64,000 nucleotides of DNA, from the NCBI GenBank assembly GCA_047605125.1, contig JASGGK010000004.1, forward strand, positions 163,199 to 227,198, given 5' to 3'. Under the pieces are notes generated by a model. It had not been told where the DNA came from, made no database searches, and saw nothing but the letters and a program-made list of their open reading frames with translations. The stretch's first letter is position 1; every line of letters begins with the position of its first letter. The stretch is from Luteolibacter sp. (GTDB lineage: Bacteria > Verrucomicrobiota > Verrucomicrobiia > Verrucomicrobiales > Akkermansiaceae). The position numbers and the translations under genes are program-made. Below are positions 53,050-62,278 of the stretch, in pieces.

Positions 53050-54007
53050 GGTGCTGGAGGCGTCCGATCACCCAATGGCAAACCAGTGCGGTGAGACAGA
53101 GGGTGGCGAGAGGCAGGGCTCCGGAACGGAGCGTGTCCCCGACGCCCCACGGGCGGAGCGGGTGGGTGTCCACCGAGCGATGCAGGCGTTCGAAACTCTG
53201 ATAAGCCATGACCCAACCGGCGTGAAGGCCGATGGAAAACCAGAGTTTCCCGGTTTTCAGGCGGGCTCCGGCGAGAATCATGCCGATGACGAAAAGGGTG
53301 AGAAAATCGGTGACGAAGAAAACAGGATCGGAAAAATGCCCGAGGATGCCGCCGAGAAGCTGGAATCCGGCGAGCGGGTGGGCGGGATGGGCAATGACCA
53401 CTCCATCCGGCGGTGAAAGGAAATGGACGAAGGCGAAGACGAGCGAGCAGCCGATGCAGGCGGCGAGGGGACGGGCGAATCGCAGCCACAAGCCCAGCAT
53501 CAGACCTCGGAACAGCCATTCTTCGAGAAATGCGACGGCCAATGAGGCGGGGACGGTGGAGGCGAGCAGTTTGCCGAAAGAGGGTGCTTTTTTGTTTGGG
53601 AGATAAGCGCCCATGGCGTCGAGCGCCCAGCCGAGCAGGAGCAGCAGCCCGGCAGCGATGAGCAGGGCTGTCACGAGCTGGAGAATCGCGTTTTTCCAGG
53701 AAATGGAAGGTGCCGGGGGGATTTGGATGCCATCGCGGCGGCGGATGGTTTTCACCCGGTGCAGGAGGGCCGGGAGCAGCGCCAGGGCGGAAACCATGAG
53801 TGCCCGGCTGAAGAAACGTCCGAATTTCGAGCGTCCGCAGGCGGCGCCGAGCCATTCGAGAATGGCGGGAAGGCGGTTTGCTTCCGCATTGGCGGCCAAC
53901 GACTTGCCAGCCTGGTAAAGCCACGGGGAAATCGCGGCCGCGAGTAGAAGGGCACCCAGCACCCACATCACGGCGGCACCGGCTTCGGATTGGAGGAAAC
54001 GCTTCAT
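53030..54007 (-). CDS. CPBP/Abi intramembrane glutamic protease, intact motifs
   Basis: EEWLFRG, FAFVH, GLHAGW. Confidence 0.9.
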   Translation of the reverse strand: MKRFLQSEAGAAVMWVLGALLLAAAISPWLYQAGKSLAANAEANRLPAILEWLGAACGRSKFGRFFSRALMVSALALLPALLHRVKTIRRRDGIQIPPAPSISWKNAILQLVTALLIAAGLLLLLGWALDAMGAYLPNKKAPSFGKLLASTVPASLAVAFLEEWLFRGLMLGLWLRFARPLAACIGCSLVFAFVHFLSPPDGVVIAHPAHPLAGFQLLGGILGHFSDPVFFVTDFLTLFVIGMILAGARLKTGKLWFSIGLHAGWVMAYQSFERLHRSVDTHPLRPWGVGDTLRSGALPLATLCLTALVCHWVIGRLQHLNRASR

Positions 54008-54108
54008 TTTGCCTGTGTGTGCGCGATTGTGACGGATTTGTCGAGCAGGGCCGCACTGAGAATCGGGCTTGCAGCAGTGGCGGGGAGGTGCTGATTGTCA
54101 GTCTTCCC

Positions 54109-55992
54109 GTGAACAGTAACGAATCAAAAAAGAAAGGCGTCTTTGGCTGGCTGCTCGTCCGCTTTGCCAGCATGTTCGGCATGGAACGCTACTTGCCTTA
54201 CTACAAACACCTGTGGGCGGTGCGATTCCAGTTCGCCATCGGAGTGGTTTGCGGGTTGATCTACGCGGTTTCGAGCGGGCTTGGAGTGCCGATGATCATG
54301 CAGTCGGTTTTCCCGGTGCTGTTCAATCATCAGCAGCTGGACAGCCATAGCACGCATGGTTGGCAAAAGTTTTTGTTCGAGCATTTGGGGCACTTGTCTC
54401 CCGACACGCTTTTGCTGATAACATGCAGCTGGATTCCGCTGATCATGCTGGTGCGGGGGGTGTCTTCCTACGCGAACTCCTATTATATCAACTACGCCGG
54501 TGCCCGTGTCCTGGAGAGTATCCGTCTGGATCTGTTCTCGAAATTGCAGCGCCTGCCGCTTTCTTTTTATAAGGATAATGCTTCCGGCGATTTGCTGGCG
54601 CGTCTCATGATGGATCCGAACATCCTGCGCGGCATCGTCACCAACATTTCCGCCGACCTGATCAAACAGCCGGCCACGCTCGTCAGCGCGCTTTCCCTGA
54701 TCATTTACAAAGCTTGCACCAGCCAGAGTTTCTTTGTCGCGCTGATTTCCCTGCTGACGGTGCCGATCTGTGTGATGGTCATCCGCACCTCGGGTAAAAA
54801 GATGACGAAGCGCTCGAAGGCGTTGCAAAACCAAGGCGGTGATTTCAATGCGATGGTCGCGGAAAGCTTGCAGGCTCCCCTCGAAATCCGGGCTTACAAT
54901 CTCGAAGACAAGCAGGTGAAGATGTTCAGCGCTTTCACCAGCATGATGGTGGAGTTCGGCATGCGGATCGTGAAATACCGCCAGGCGATTTCTCCCGCGA
55001 TCGAGGTGGTTTCATCGTTCGGCTTCGCGATGGCGGTTTATTTCGGAGTGAAGCAAGGGATGAAGCTTACGGATTTCATGACCCTGTTTGCCGCGCTGTT
55101 CATGTCTTACGAACCGTTGAAAAGCCTCGGCATGATCCACTCGCAATTCCGCCAAGGTGACGCCGCTGTGGACCGCATCGAATACATTTCCGATCAACCG
55201 GAAACCCAGGCGGATCCGGAAAATCCGAAGCCGTTCGTGGTTCCCTCCAAGGCGATCGGCTTCCGGGATCTTACGTTCGCCTACAAGGCCGAGCCGGTGT
55301 TGAAAAACATCAATGTCGAGATTCCGGTCGGCCAGGTGGTGGCGCTTGTTGGTCCCAGCGGCGCGGGGAAAACGACCTTCGCCCATCTGATTCCGAGGTT
55401 TTACGACGCCCAGCAAGGCGGGATTTTCCTCGATGGCATCGATACCCGCGAGTTCACCAAGAAAGACCTCCGCAATGCCATCGCCGTGGTACCGCAGATG
55501 CCGGCGTTGTTCATGGGGACGATCGCGGATAACATCCGCATCGGCAACGAGCACGCGACCGATGAAGAGGTGGAGGAAGCCGCGCGGCGTGCTTTCGCCC
55601 ACCACTTCATCGAGAGTTTGCCAAAAGGTTACAAAACCGAAGTCGGCGAACGAGGGGATCTTCTATCCGGCGGCCAGCGCCAGCGGATCGCGATTGCCCG
55701 CGCCTTCCTGAAAAACGCTCCAATCCTCATTCTGGACGAAGCGACCAGCGCGCTGGATTCCGAAAGCGAGGCGATGGTGCAAAAGGCGCTCACCGAGCTG
55801 GTAAAGGGCCGCACGACGTTCATCATCGCGCACCGCTACAGCACGATCACCATCGCGGACCGGGTGCTGGTTTTCCGCAATGGCGAAATCGTCGCGGACG
55901 GCAGCCACGAGGAACTGCGGAACACCGATCCGACGTATCAATCGATGATCGGCAGTCAGCTGATCGGCTCGGCCAGCGGTGTGTCATCCTGA
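54109..55992 (+). CDS. MsbA-like ABC exporter half-transporter
   Basis: TMD plus GPSGAGKT, LSGGQRQR, LDEATSALD; start uncertain (GTG 54109 or ATG 54172). Confidence 0.92.
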   Translation: MNSNESKKKGVFGWLLVRFASMFGMERYLPYYKHLWAVRFQFAIGVVCGLIYAVSSGLGVPMIMQSVFPVLFNHQQLDSHSTHGWQKFLFEHLGHLSPDTLLLITCSWIPLIMLVRGVSSYANSYYINYAGARVLESIRLDLFSKLQRLPLSFYKDNASGDLLARLMMDPNILRGIVTNISADLIKQPATLVSALSLIIYKACTSQSFFVALISLLTVPICVMVIRTSGKKMTKRSKALQNQGGDFNAMVAESLQAPLEIRAYNLEDKQVKMFSAFTSMMVEFGMRIVKYRQAISPAIEVVSSFGFAMAVYFGVKQGMKLTDFMTLFAALFMSYEPLKSLGMIHSQFRQGDAAVDRIEYISDQPETQADPENPKPFVVPSKAIGFRDLTFAYKAEPVLKNINVEIPVGQVVALVGPSGAGKTTFAHLIPRFYDAQQGGIFLDGIDTREFTKKDLRNAIAVVPQMPALFMGTIADNIRIGNEHATDEEVEEAARRAFAHHFIESLPKGYKTEVGERGDLLSGGQRQRIAIARAFLKNAPILILDEATSALDSESEAMVQKALTELVKGRTTFIIAHRYSTITIADRVLVFRNGEIVADGSHEELRNTDPTYQSMIGSQLIGSASGVSS

Positions 55993-57707
55993 AGGAATGA
56001 TTTTCGCGAAAGCTCGGCGTATTTTCCTCCGAGAGAGAGCAGGGAATGATGGGTTCCTTGCTCGATGACGCTGCCTTTTTCCAGGACGTAAATGCGGTCC
56101 GCGTTCCGGATCGTGGAAAGCCGGTGGGCGATGACGAAGGCGGTGCGGTTCGTCATGAGCTGGTCCAGCGCGTCCTGGATTTGCCGTTCGGTTTCCGAAT
56201 CGACGGAAGCGGTGGCTTCATCGAGCAGAAGAATCGGGGCGTTTTTCAAAAGCGCGCGGGCGATGGAAAGCCGTTGTTTTTCCCCTCCGGAAAGTTTCAC
56301 GCCGCGTTCGCCCACGTTGGTATCGAGCTGGTCCGGCAAGGCTTTGACGAAGGTTTCCGCATGGGCGGCGGCCAGCGCGGTCCACATCTCCGCGTCGGTG
56401 GCATCGCGCTTCGCGAGCAGCAGGTTTTCCCGGACGGTGCCGTTGAATAAGAATGGCTCCTGCGTCACGTAGGCGAGCCGGTCCCTCAGCGAAGGTTTCG
56501 CGAGCGTGGAAATGTCGATGCCATCGATGGTGATGCGTCCGCCGGTGCATTCGTAAAACCGCGCGAGCAGGGAGAGCACCGTGGTTTTTCCCGCTCCCGT
56601 CGAGCCGACCAGCGCGATGGTTTCCCCCGGCTCGGCGACGAGTCGCACACCGTGCAGCGTCGGGTGATCCTGATAGGTGAAATCGACGTTTTCAAACCGC
56701 ACCTGCCCTTTCAGCCCCGCGGGCAGCGCCGCGCCTTCGGTGGCGTTCAATTCTTCGTCCGAGTCCAGGATTTCGAAAACCCGATCCGCGGCGGCTTTGC
56801 CGGAAAGAACCATTTGGTTCAGCGAGTTCAGCTGGTTGATCGGCTCGTAAAACAGCGAGAGGTAGAGGAAAAACTGTGTCAGCTCCCCGATGCTCAGCGT
56901 TCCGCGCATCACGCTGGCACCGCCGACGGCCAGCACGAGAACGTAGCCGATCATCCGCACGAAGGACATCGAGGGAGAATAGATCGCCCACCAGCGCATC
57001 ATCCGCAGCGTCGCCTGACGGAGAATTTGCGAGTAGTCATTGAAGCGCCGTAGCTCGGTCGCCTCGGCGGCGTAGGATTTGATTTGGCGGATGCCGGAAA
57101 TGTTGTCGTGCAGGATCGAGTTCATGTCCGAAGTCGCATCCCTCTGCCTGCGGTAGCGGTCCCGGCCTTTGCTGGAATAGATCCACGCGCCCACCGCCAA
57201 AATAGGAACCGGCAGGGTCGCCCACATCGCCACGGACGGATTCAGGTAAAACAGGTAAATCCCCACGCCGATTACTTGCAGCGTGGCGACGAGACCTTGC
57301 TCGATGCCATCGATAAGCACGCGCTCCATGTTGGTCACGTCCTCGACCACCCGTGTCATCACATCCCCCGTCCGGCGGGTGTCGAACCACTTCAGCGGCA
57401 GGCGCTGGATTTTCTCATAAAGGTCCGAGCGGATGTCGTAGATCACCTTCTGCTCGAAGTGGTTGTTGATGAAAATCCGCAGGGAATTCAGCAGGTCTTT
57501 GCTGAAAAAACCGAGCAGGGCTAAAAAAATCCAAAAATAAAATTCTCCGTGGCGGGCCGTATTCGGGATGATTTCGTCGATCACATACCCGGTCGTGCTG
57601 GGGAAGACGAACACCGCTCCCGTCATGCCAACCGCGCAGAAAAGCTGGGCCGTGGCGAGGCCGGGATAGCGTTGGAGGTATTTGAAAACGCGGAGAATGG
57701 ACTTCAT
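55956..57707 (-). CDS. ABC exporter half-transporter
   Basis: TMD plus GSTGAGKT, LSGGEKQR, LDEATASVD, IAHRL. Confidence 0.94.
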   Translation of the reverse strand: MKSILRVFKYLQRYPGLATAQLFCAVGMTGAVFVFPSTTGYVIDEIIPNTARHGEFYFWIFLALLGFFSKDLLNSLRIFINNHFEQKVIYDIRSDLYEKIQRLPLKWFDTRRTGDVMTRVVEDVTNMERVLIDGIEQGLVATLQVIGVGIYLFYLNPSVAMWATLPVPILAVGAWIYSSKGRDRYRRQRDATSDMNSILHDNISGIRQIKSYAAEATELRRFNDYSQILRQATLRMMRWWAIYSPSMSFVRMIGYVLVLAVGGASVMRGTLSIGELTQFFLYLSLFYEPINQLNSLNQMVLSGKAAADRVFEILDSDEELNATEGAALPAGLKGQVRFENVDFTYQDHPTLHGVRLVAEPGETIALVGSTGAGKTTVLSLLARFYECTGGRITIDGIDISTLAKPSLRDRLAYVTQEPFLFNGTVRENLLLAKRDATDAEMWTALAAAHAETFVKALPDQLDTNVGERGVKLSGGEKQRLSIARALLKNAPILLLDEATASVDSETERQIQDALDQLMTNRTAFVIAHRLSTIRNADRIYVLEKGSVIEQGTHHSLLSLGGKYAELSRKSFLQDDTPLAEPIS

Positions 57708-57861
57708 GGAAGAGTCCAAGCGATGGCCCTGACGCCGTCTTTTGTAAAGGCCCCGCCCGCCATTTCTTGCATTCCCGGTGAAATTTGGATTGCGGTGGGG
57801 AAACGAGACTTCCTAGTGTCTGCCTCACACGCGGAATTCAAAGCTTACATCCAAAAACCCC

Positions 57862-58677
57862 ATGGCCAATATTTTAGGAATTTCAACCGCTGCCGTGCTA
57901 GGGCTGTCAGCGTTCGTTGCTTATAAAAACAAGGAAGCATACGCCGGCGAACTCGATAAGGACACCGCCGCCACAGCAGCTCTTGAAAAAAACAAAACGA
58001 CCTTGGCTGATAAGGAAAGCGAGCTTGCGGTCCTTCCAAACGATCTCGCCGCCGTTGAAACCGAAACCGCGGAGCTCAAGAAACAGGAAGAAGATCTGAA
58101 AAAATCCGTCGATGAGCAAAAAGCTCTCAAGGATGCCAAAACCACTTCCATCGAAGCCAACAAGGCCAAGCTCAACGCCATCCGCGAACAATCCGGCCAG
58201 CTTGGCGATGTGAAGGATCTCGTTGATCAGCTCAAAGCGGTTGACCAGGAGCAGGAAGCTCTCACCGAGCAGGTGTCCTCCGCCGAAGCCCGGCTTGCCA
58301 ACCTCACTTCCCAAAGCAGCCAAGCGCAGAAAAACGCCGAGTTTGTCAAAGCCGAGCTGGACCGCGTCGCTAACAACGAATCCGCTTCCTCCCTGAAGAC
58401 CAGCGTCCGCTCCTACTACCCGGCATGGGGCTTCGTGACGCTTTCCAGCGGCAGCAAGTCCGGCGTTGTCGCCAAGTCCACCCTCGATGTCGTGCGTGAC
58501 GGCCAGACCATCGCAAAACTCCTCGTCACCACCGTTGAGACTTCCTCCGCTTCCGCCAGCGTCATTCCCGACACCATGGCCCCTGACGTGACTCTCGAAG
58601 TCGGTGACAGCGTGATCCCTGGAACCAAGGTGGCCAAGCCTGCCTTCCTGATCCCGTCCACCGAAGCCAAGAAGTAA
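57862..58677 (+). CDS. Membrane-anchored coiled-coil protein with C-terminal beta domain (paralog 1)
   Basis: N-terminal hydrophobic helix, ~150-aa heptad region, WGFV...RDG..IAK...VE...GD.V. Confidence 0.85.
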   Translation: MANILGISTAAVLGLSAFVAYKNKEAYAGELDKDTAATAALEKNKTTLADKESELAVLPNDLAAVETETAELKKQEEDLKKSVDEQKALKDAKTTSIEANKAKLNAIREQSGQLGDVKDLVDQLKAVDQEQEALTEQVSSAEARLANLTSQSSQAQKNAEFVKAELDRVANNESASSLKTSVRSYYPAWGFVTLSSGSKSGVVAKSTLDVVRDGQTIAKLLVTTVETSSASASVIPDTMAPDVTLEVGDSVIPGTKVAKPAFLIPSTEAKK

Positions 58678-58723
58678 TTCTCTATCCGGAAAACCCCACC
58701 AAACCCACTCTACGGATCCTCAC

Positions 58724-59530
58724 ATGAAAGCCATTTTCCTCGCGCTCGCCATCCTCGCCGCCGGTGGAGCAGCCGTTTTCTCCTACATGGAGAGCACGAA
58801 AATCACCGAAATCCTCGCGAAGCGCCAACAATCGGAAGACGAAACCAAGGTTCTTTCGACCAAAATCGACAAGGCGGACAAAAAGATCGAAGCTGAAAAA
58901 GCCAAGATCGCCGAAGCCGTGACCACCAAGGAATCGGTGACCCAGAATGTTTCCGCCCTGAAATCTTCCGGAGCCTCCCTCAAACGTGATCTCACCGCAC
59001 TGGAAGCCGAAGAGAAGGCCCAGGAAGGACAAATCGGCCAGCTTAACAAGGCCATCGAGGAACTCTCCGGTCTCGTCAGTGGTCTCGGCGAAGGCATCAC
59101 CATCGACAATCTCGCCAGCAAGATCCAGGAGATCAACGACAAGAAAAAGGAGAAGGAAACCAAGCTGGAGGAAACCAAGACACTCGCCGAGGCCGCCGCC
59201 AAAGCCGCCGCCGTCAGCCGCGCCGAGAGTGATCGCCTCAACAAGCGCAACCAGGAACGCATCGCCAACGTCCGCTTCAACGCTTCCGAATCCGTCATCA
59301 CCGCCGTGAACGCCGATTGGGGTTTCGTGGTGATCGGCGCGGGCACCAATTCCGGTTTCAAGCCGCAAGCCCCGCTCTTCGTGGAACGTGATGGCCGCTA
59401 CATCGGCAAGGTCATTCCTTCCTCCGTTGAGCGCACCCAGACGATTGCGGAAATCGACAGCTCCTCGCTCGCTACCGGTGTGCGCCTGCAACCGGGGGAC
59501 CGCGTGATCGTCGGCAAGCCCGCGAACTGA
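58724..59530 (+). CDS. Membrane-anchored coiled-coil protein with C-terminal beta domain (paralog 2)
   Basis: Same architecture; WGFV...RDG..IGK...VE...GD.V. Confidence 0.85.
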   Translation: MKAIFLALAILAAGGAAVFSYMESTKITEILAKRQQSEDETKVLSTKIDKADKKIEAEKAKIAEAVTTKESVTQNVSALKSSGASLKRDLTALEAEEKAQEGQIGQLNKAIEELSGLVSGLGEGITIDNLASKIQEINDKKKEKETKLEETKTLAEAAAKAAAVSRAESDRLNKRNQERIANVRFNASESVITAVNADWGFVVIGAGTNSGFKPQAPLFVERDGRYIGKVIPSSVERTQTIAEIDSSSLATGVRLQPGDRVIVGKPAN

Positions 59531-59552
59531 GGCTTTCCATCATTCCAAATGG

Positions 59553-59585
59553 AAAAGGCATGGCTTGTCAGAGCCATGCCTTTTT
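59553..59585. terminator. Bidirectional intrinsic terminator
   Basis: AAAAGGCATGGCT-tgtcag-AGCCATGCCTTTTT. Confidence 0.9.
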
Positions 59586-59615
59586 CTATGACCGTGACCG
59601 TCTCCGCCGCATCAC

Positions 59616-60632
59616 TCACTCCGAAGGATTGGCTGGAGGTGTTGTTTCCGCGCCGGGAGTGTCGGGCTTCGGATTCAGCAGTTCTTTGAACTCGGAACTC
59701 CAATCCTTCACCGAGGGATGGGTGAGGTTTTTCTCGATATGAGCGAGGAGTCGTCTGGCTCCTTCCGCGCGGTTGCCGCCGTGTTTGAAAATATCGACCT
59801 CCATTTTCCACTGTAGGTCCGGAACTTCATTGGTGAGAAAGAGGTCGTATTCAGGAGGCCGCATGTTTTCAGCCATCCCGACCCGCTTTTCCTCTTTGTT
59901 GTCTCCCTGTTTTTTCTTCGAGTTGTTGTCCGAAGATTTTTGCACATGTTTCGCCATGGTTTCGCGAATCTGAAGTTCCATCTGGATCCGCTTCATCCAA
60001 GCGGCGCGGAGTTCGTCCGATTTTCCAACGACGCGAAAAGGCGGGAGGAAGAGTTTTTCAAAAAGATCGTCCACCTTGTAAGGGCTCATCGGCCATCCTT
60101 CGATTTTCACTTTGTCGATGTCGTAAGCCTTGGCAAAAACCGTGGAAGTCACGGACTGCCCCAGCACGCGGTCCTGATCTTCCACGGATTTCAAATCGTT
60201 GAAAAGATCTCCCACGATGCCGCGGGCTTTGTTGGTGACTTCGGCGCGGTTGGCGGTGCTGGAGGCGGCTTCGAGCGTCAGGGCGAGCCAGCGGAGCTGG
60301 TGGCGGAGCGCGCGTTTGAAGCTCTGTTTCGAAAGGTTTTCATCGTCCTTGCGCTTCCATTCGCGGAAGTCCTGGGACTTCTTTTTCTGGTCCTCATACT
60401 CCACTTTTTCCACGCACTTGATGTAAAAAGCGTAGGCGGATTCTTCGCTTGCCATCGCTTCGTGATAAGCGGAGACGGCCATGCGGTAACGGGCGTCCAC
60501 GCGTTGGTCGACTCCGTTTTCCAAGGTTTCGAGCCTGCTCAAAAGAGCTTCCTTATCCGAGGAAGTGAGTTCCTGGGCATGGGAGAGGGACAGACTCAGC
60601 GCGAGGAAGAGGAAAGAGGGGGAAGGGTTCAT
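59616..60632 (-). CDS. Exported helical hypothetical protein
   Basis: Signal peptide ending SHA-QEL; charged helical sequence; start MNPSP at 60632. Confidence 0.8.
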   Translation of the reverse strand: MNPSPSFLFLALSLSLSHAQELTSSDKEALLSRLETLENGVDQRVDARYRMAVSAYHEAMASEESAYAFYIKCVEKVEYEDQKKKSQDFREWKRKDDENLSKQSFKRALRHQLRWLALTLEAASSTANRAEVTNKARGIVGDLFNDLKSVEDQDRVLGQSVTSTVFAKAYDIDKVKIEGWPMSPYKVDDLFEKLFLPPFRVVGKSDELRAAWMKRIQMELQIRETMAKHVQKSSDNNSKKKQGDNKEEKRVGMAENMRPPEYDLFLTNEVPDLQWKMEVDIFKHGGNRAEGARRLLAHIEKNLTHPSVKDWSSEFKELLNPKPDTPGAETTPPANPSE

Positions 60633-60781
60633 GGTTTTTTGGCGGAACGGGAGGATTTTGGGATACAACGGTGCCCGAGTCGAAAAGTTTCCGGAAAGAT
60701 CGTGAAAACGGCGCTGATTTTCGGAACTTGGAAAAAACGGATTTCGAAGCATGCTGTGGGCGTCACCCGCAAATCACCCGC

Positions 60782-62263
60782 ATGAGTCCAGCTTTCCGAC
60801 GCCTTCTCGCGCTGCTCGCCGTATTTATCGCCGCGTTTCTCACTGTCGCGCTTCTCCGGACATGGAGGAACGGCGGCGATCTGAAGAGCCTGCTGCCCGG
60901 ATTCAAAAAAGAAACCGGCTCGTTCCAGCCGGAAAAATTCACGCTTCCGGAAAAATCCGCGCTCGATCTCGGCCAGATGGAGCTGATGTCCCGGCTCAAT
61001 GACGAATACGCGCGGCTCACCGATGCCGTCGTGCCATCCGTGGTCAGCATCGATACGTCCGGAGAGCGCACCGAACAGCTTCAGGACATGTGGGGCCGCA
61101 TCCGGGTGCGGCGTTATCCCACGCAGGGCCAAGGCTCCGGGGTGATTGTAACCAAGGAAGGCCACATCGTGACCAATCATCACGTCATCAGCGGCCAGGA
61201 GACGATCCGCGTGACGTTTCACAATGGGAAAACCTATAAGGCGCGGTTTATCGGCGAGGACAACGTTCTGGACATCGCCGTCCTGAAAATCGATTCCGAC
61301 GAGTCCTTCACGCCGCTGACCTTCGGGGATTCCTCACAGGTCCAGGTCGGCCAGATTGTTTTCGCCGTGGGCAACCCCTTCGGTCTGGGAGAGACCGTCA
61401 CCCAGGGCATCATCTCCGCGAAAGAACGCTCGATTTCCGAAAACCAGCGTGATTTATTCCAGACGGACGCCGAGATCAATCCGGGGAATTCCGGCGGTCC
61501 GCTCGTCAATCTGCGCGGCGAAATCATCGGGATCAACGCGGCGATTTACTCGACCGAAAAAGACAAGGAAAACTCTCGCTTCCAGGGCGTGGGATTCTCG
61601 ATCCCGGCGAACGAGGTGAAAAAAACGCTGCTTCAGATTCTGGAACGCGGCCGTCCGGTGAGAGGGTATCTCGGAGTGAACATGCAAGGCATGCTGCCGG
61701 TCGTGGCCGAAGTCACGCCGGATTCCCCCGCCCAAGCCGCCGGCCTCCAACCACGCGACCGTGTGGTCAGCTGGGAAGGGGTGCCCGTCCACTCTTGCCC
61801 GCAACTCATCGAGCTGGTGAGAAGCGCGAAAATCGGGGAATCCATCCACATGGTGATCGAGCGCGGCGGCGAGGAAATCAAGGTCAAGGTGACCATCGCC
61901 GAGAGCCCGACCGGCAATGTGGGATATCAGGAGATCCAGCCCGACAACAGCGCGCGCGCGCGCAAACCTCTGGAAGTGCTGCAAACTCTCGGTGTCGAGG
62001 TGCGGGATGTCACCGTGCCGGAGCGCCAGCTCGGCTATCAGGGGGCGGTCGTGAAAAACGTGTTGGCCGCCGGAACCGCCGCCGGAAAAATCCAGCCGGG
62101 CGACTTGGTTTTGAAAATCAACAATTCGCAGATCAACAGCGCCCGCGAGTTTTACATTTCCCTGGCCGCCTCCGCCGCCGTGCAGGATACCACGCTCACC
62201 GTTTCCCGCGATGGCCGGGAATTTCCCGTCACCCTGCCTGCCGTCCCACGGGCGGATGGCTGA
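60782..62263 (+). CDS. HtrA/DegP-like serine protease with 2 PDZ domains
   Basis: TNHHV, DIAVL, INPGNSGGPL triad; PDZ segments. Confidence 0.95.
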   Translation: MSPAFRRLLALLAVFIAAFLTVALLRTWRNGGDLKSLLPGFKKETGSFQPEKFTLPEKSALDLGQMELMSRLNDEYARLTDAVVPSVVSIDTSGERTEQLQDMWGRIRVRRYPTQGQGSGVIVTKEGHIVTNHHVISGQETIRVTFHNGKTYKARFIGEDNVLDIAVLKIDSDESFTPLTFGDSSQVQVGQIVFAVGNPFGLGETVTQGIISAKERSISENQRDLFQTDAEINPGNSGGPLVNLRGEIIGINAAIYSTEKDKENSRFQGVGFSIPANEVKKTLLQILERGRPVRGYLGVNMQGMLPVVAEVTPDSPAQAAGLQPRDRVVSWEGVPVHSCPQLIELVRSAKIGESIHMVIERGGEEIKVKVTIAESPTGNVGYQEIQPDNSARARKPLEVLQTLGVEVRDVTVPERQLGYQGAVVKNVLAAGTAAGKIQPGDLVLKINNSQINSAREFYISLAASAAVQDTTLTVSRDGREFPVTLPAVPRADG

Positions 62264-62278
62264 TCCCTTCTATTGCCC

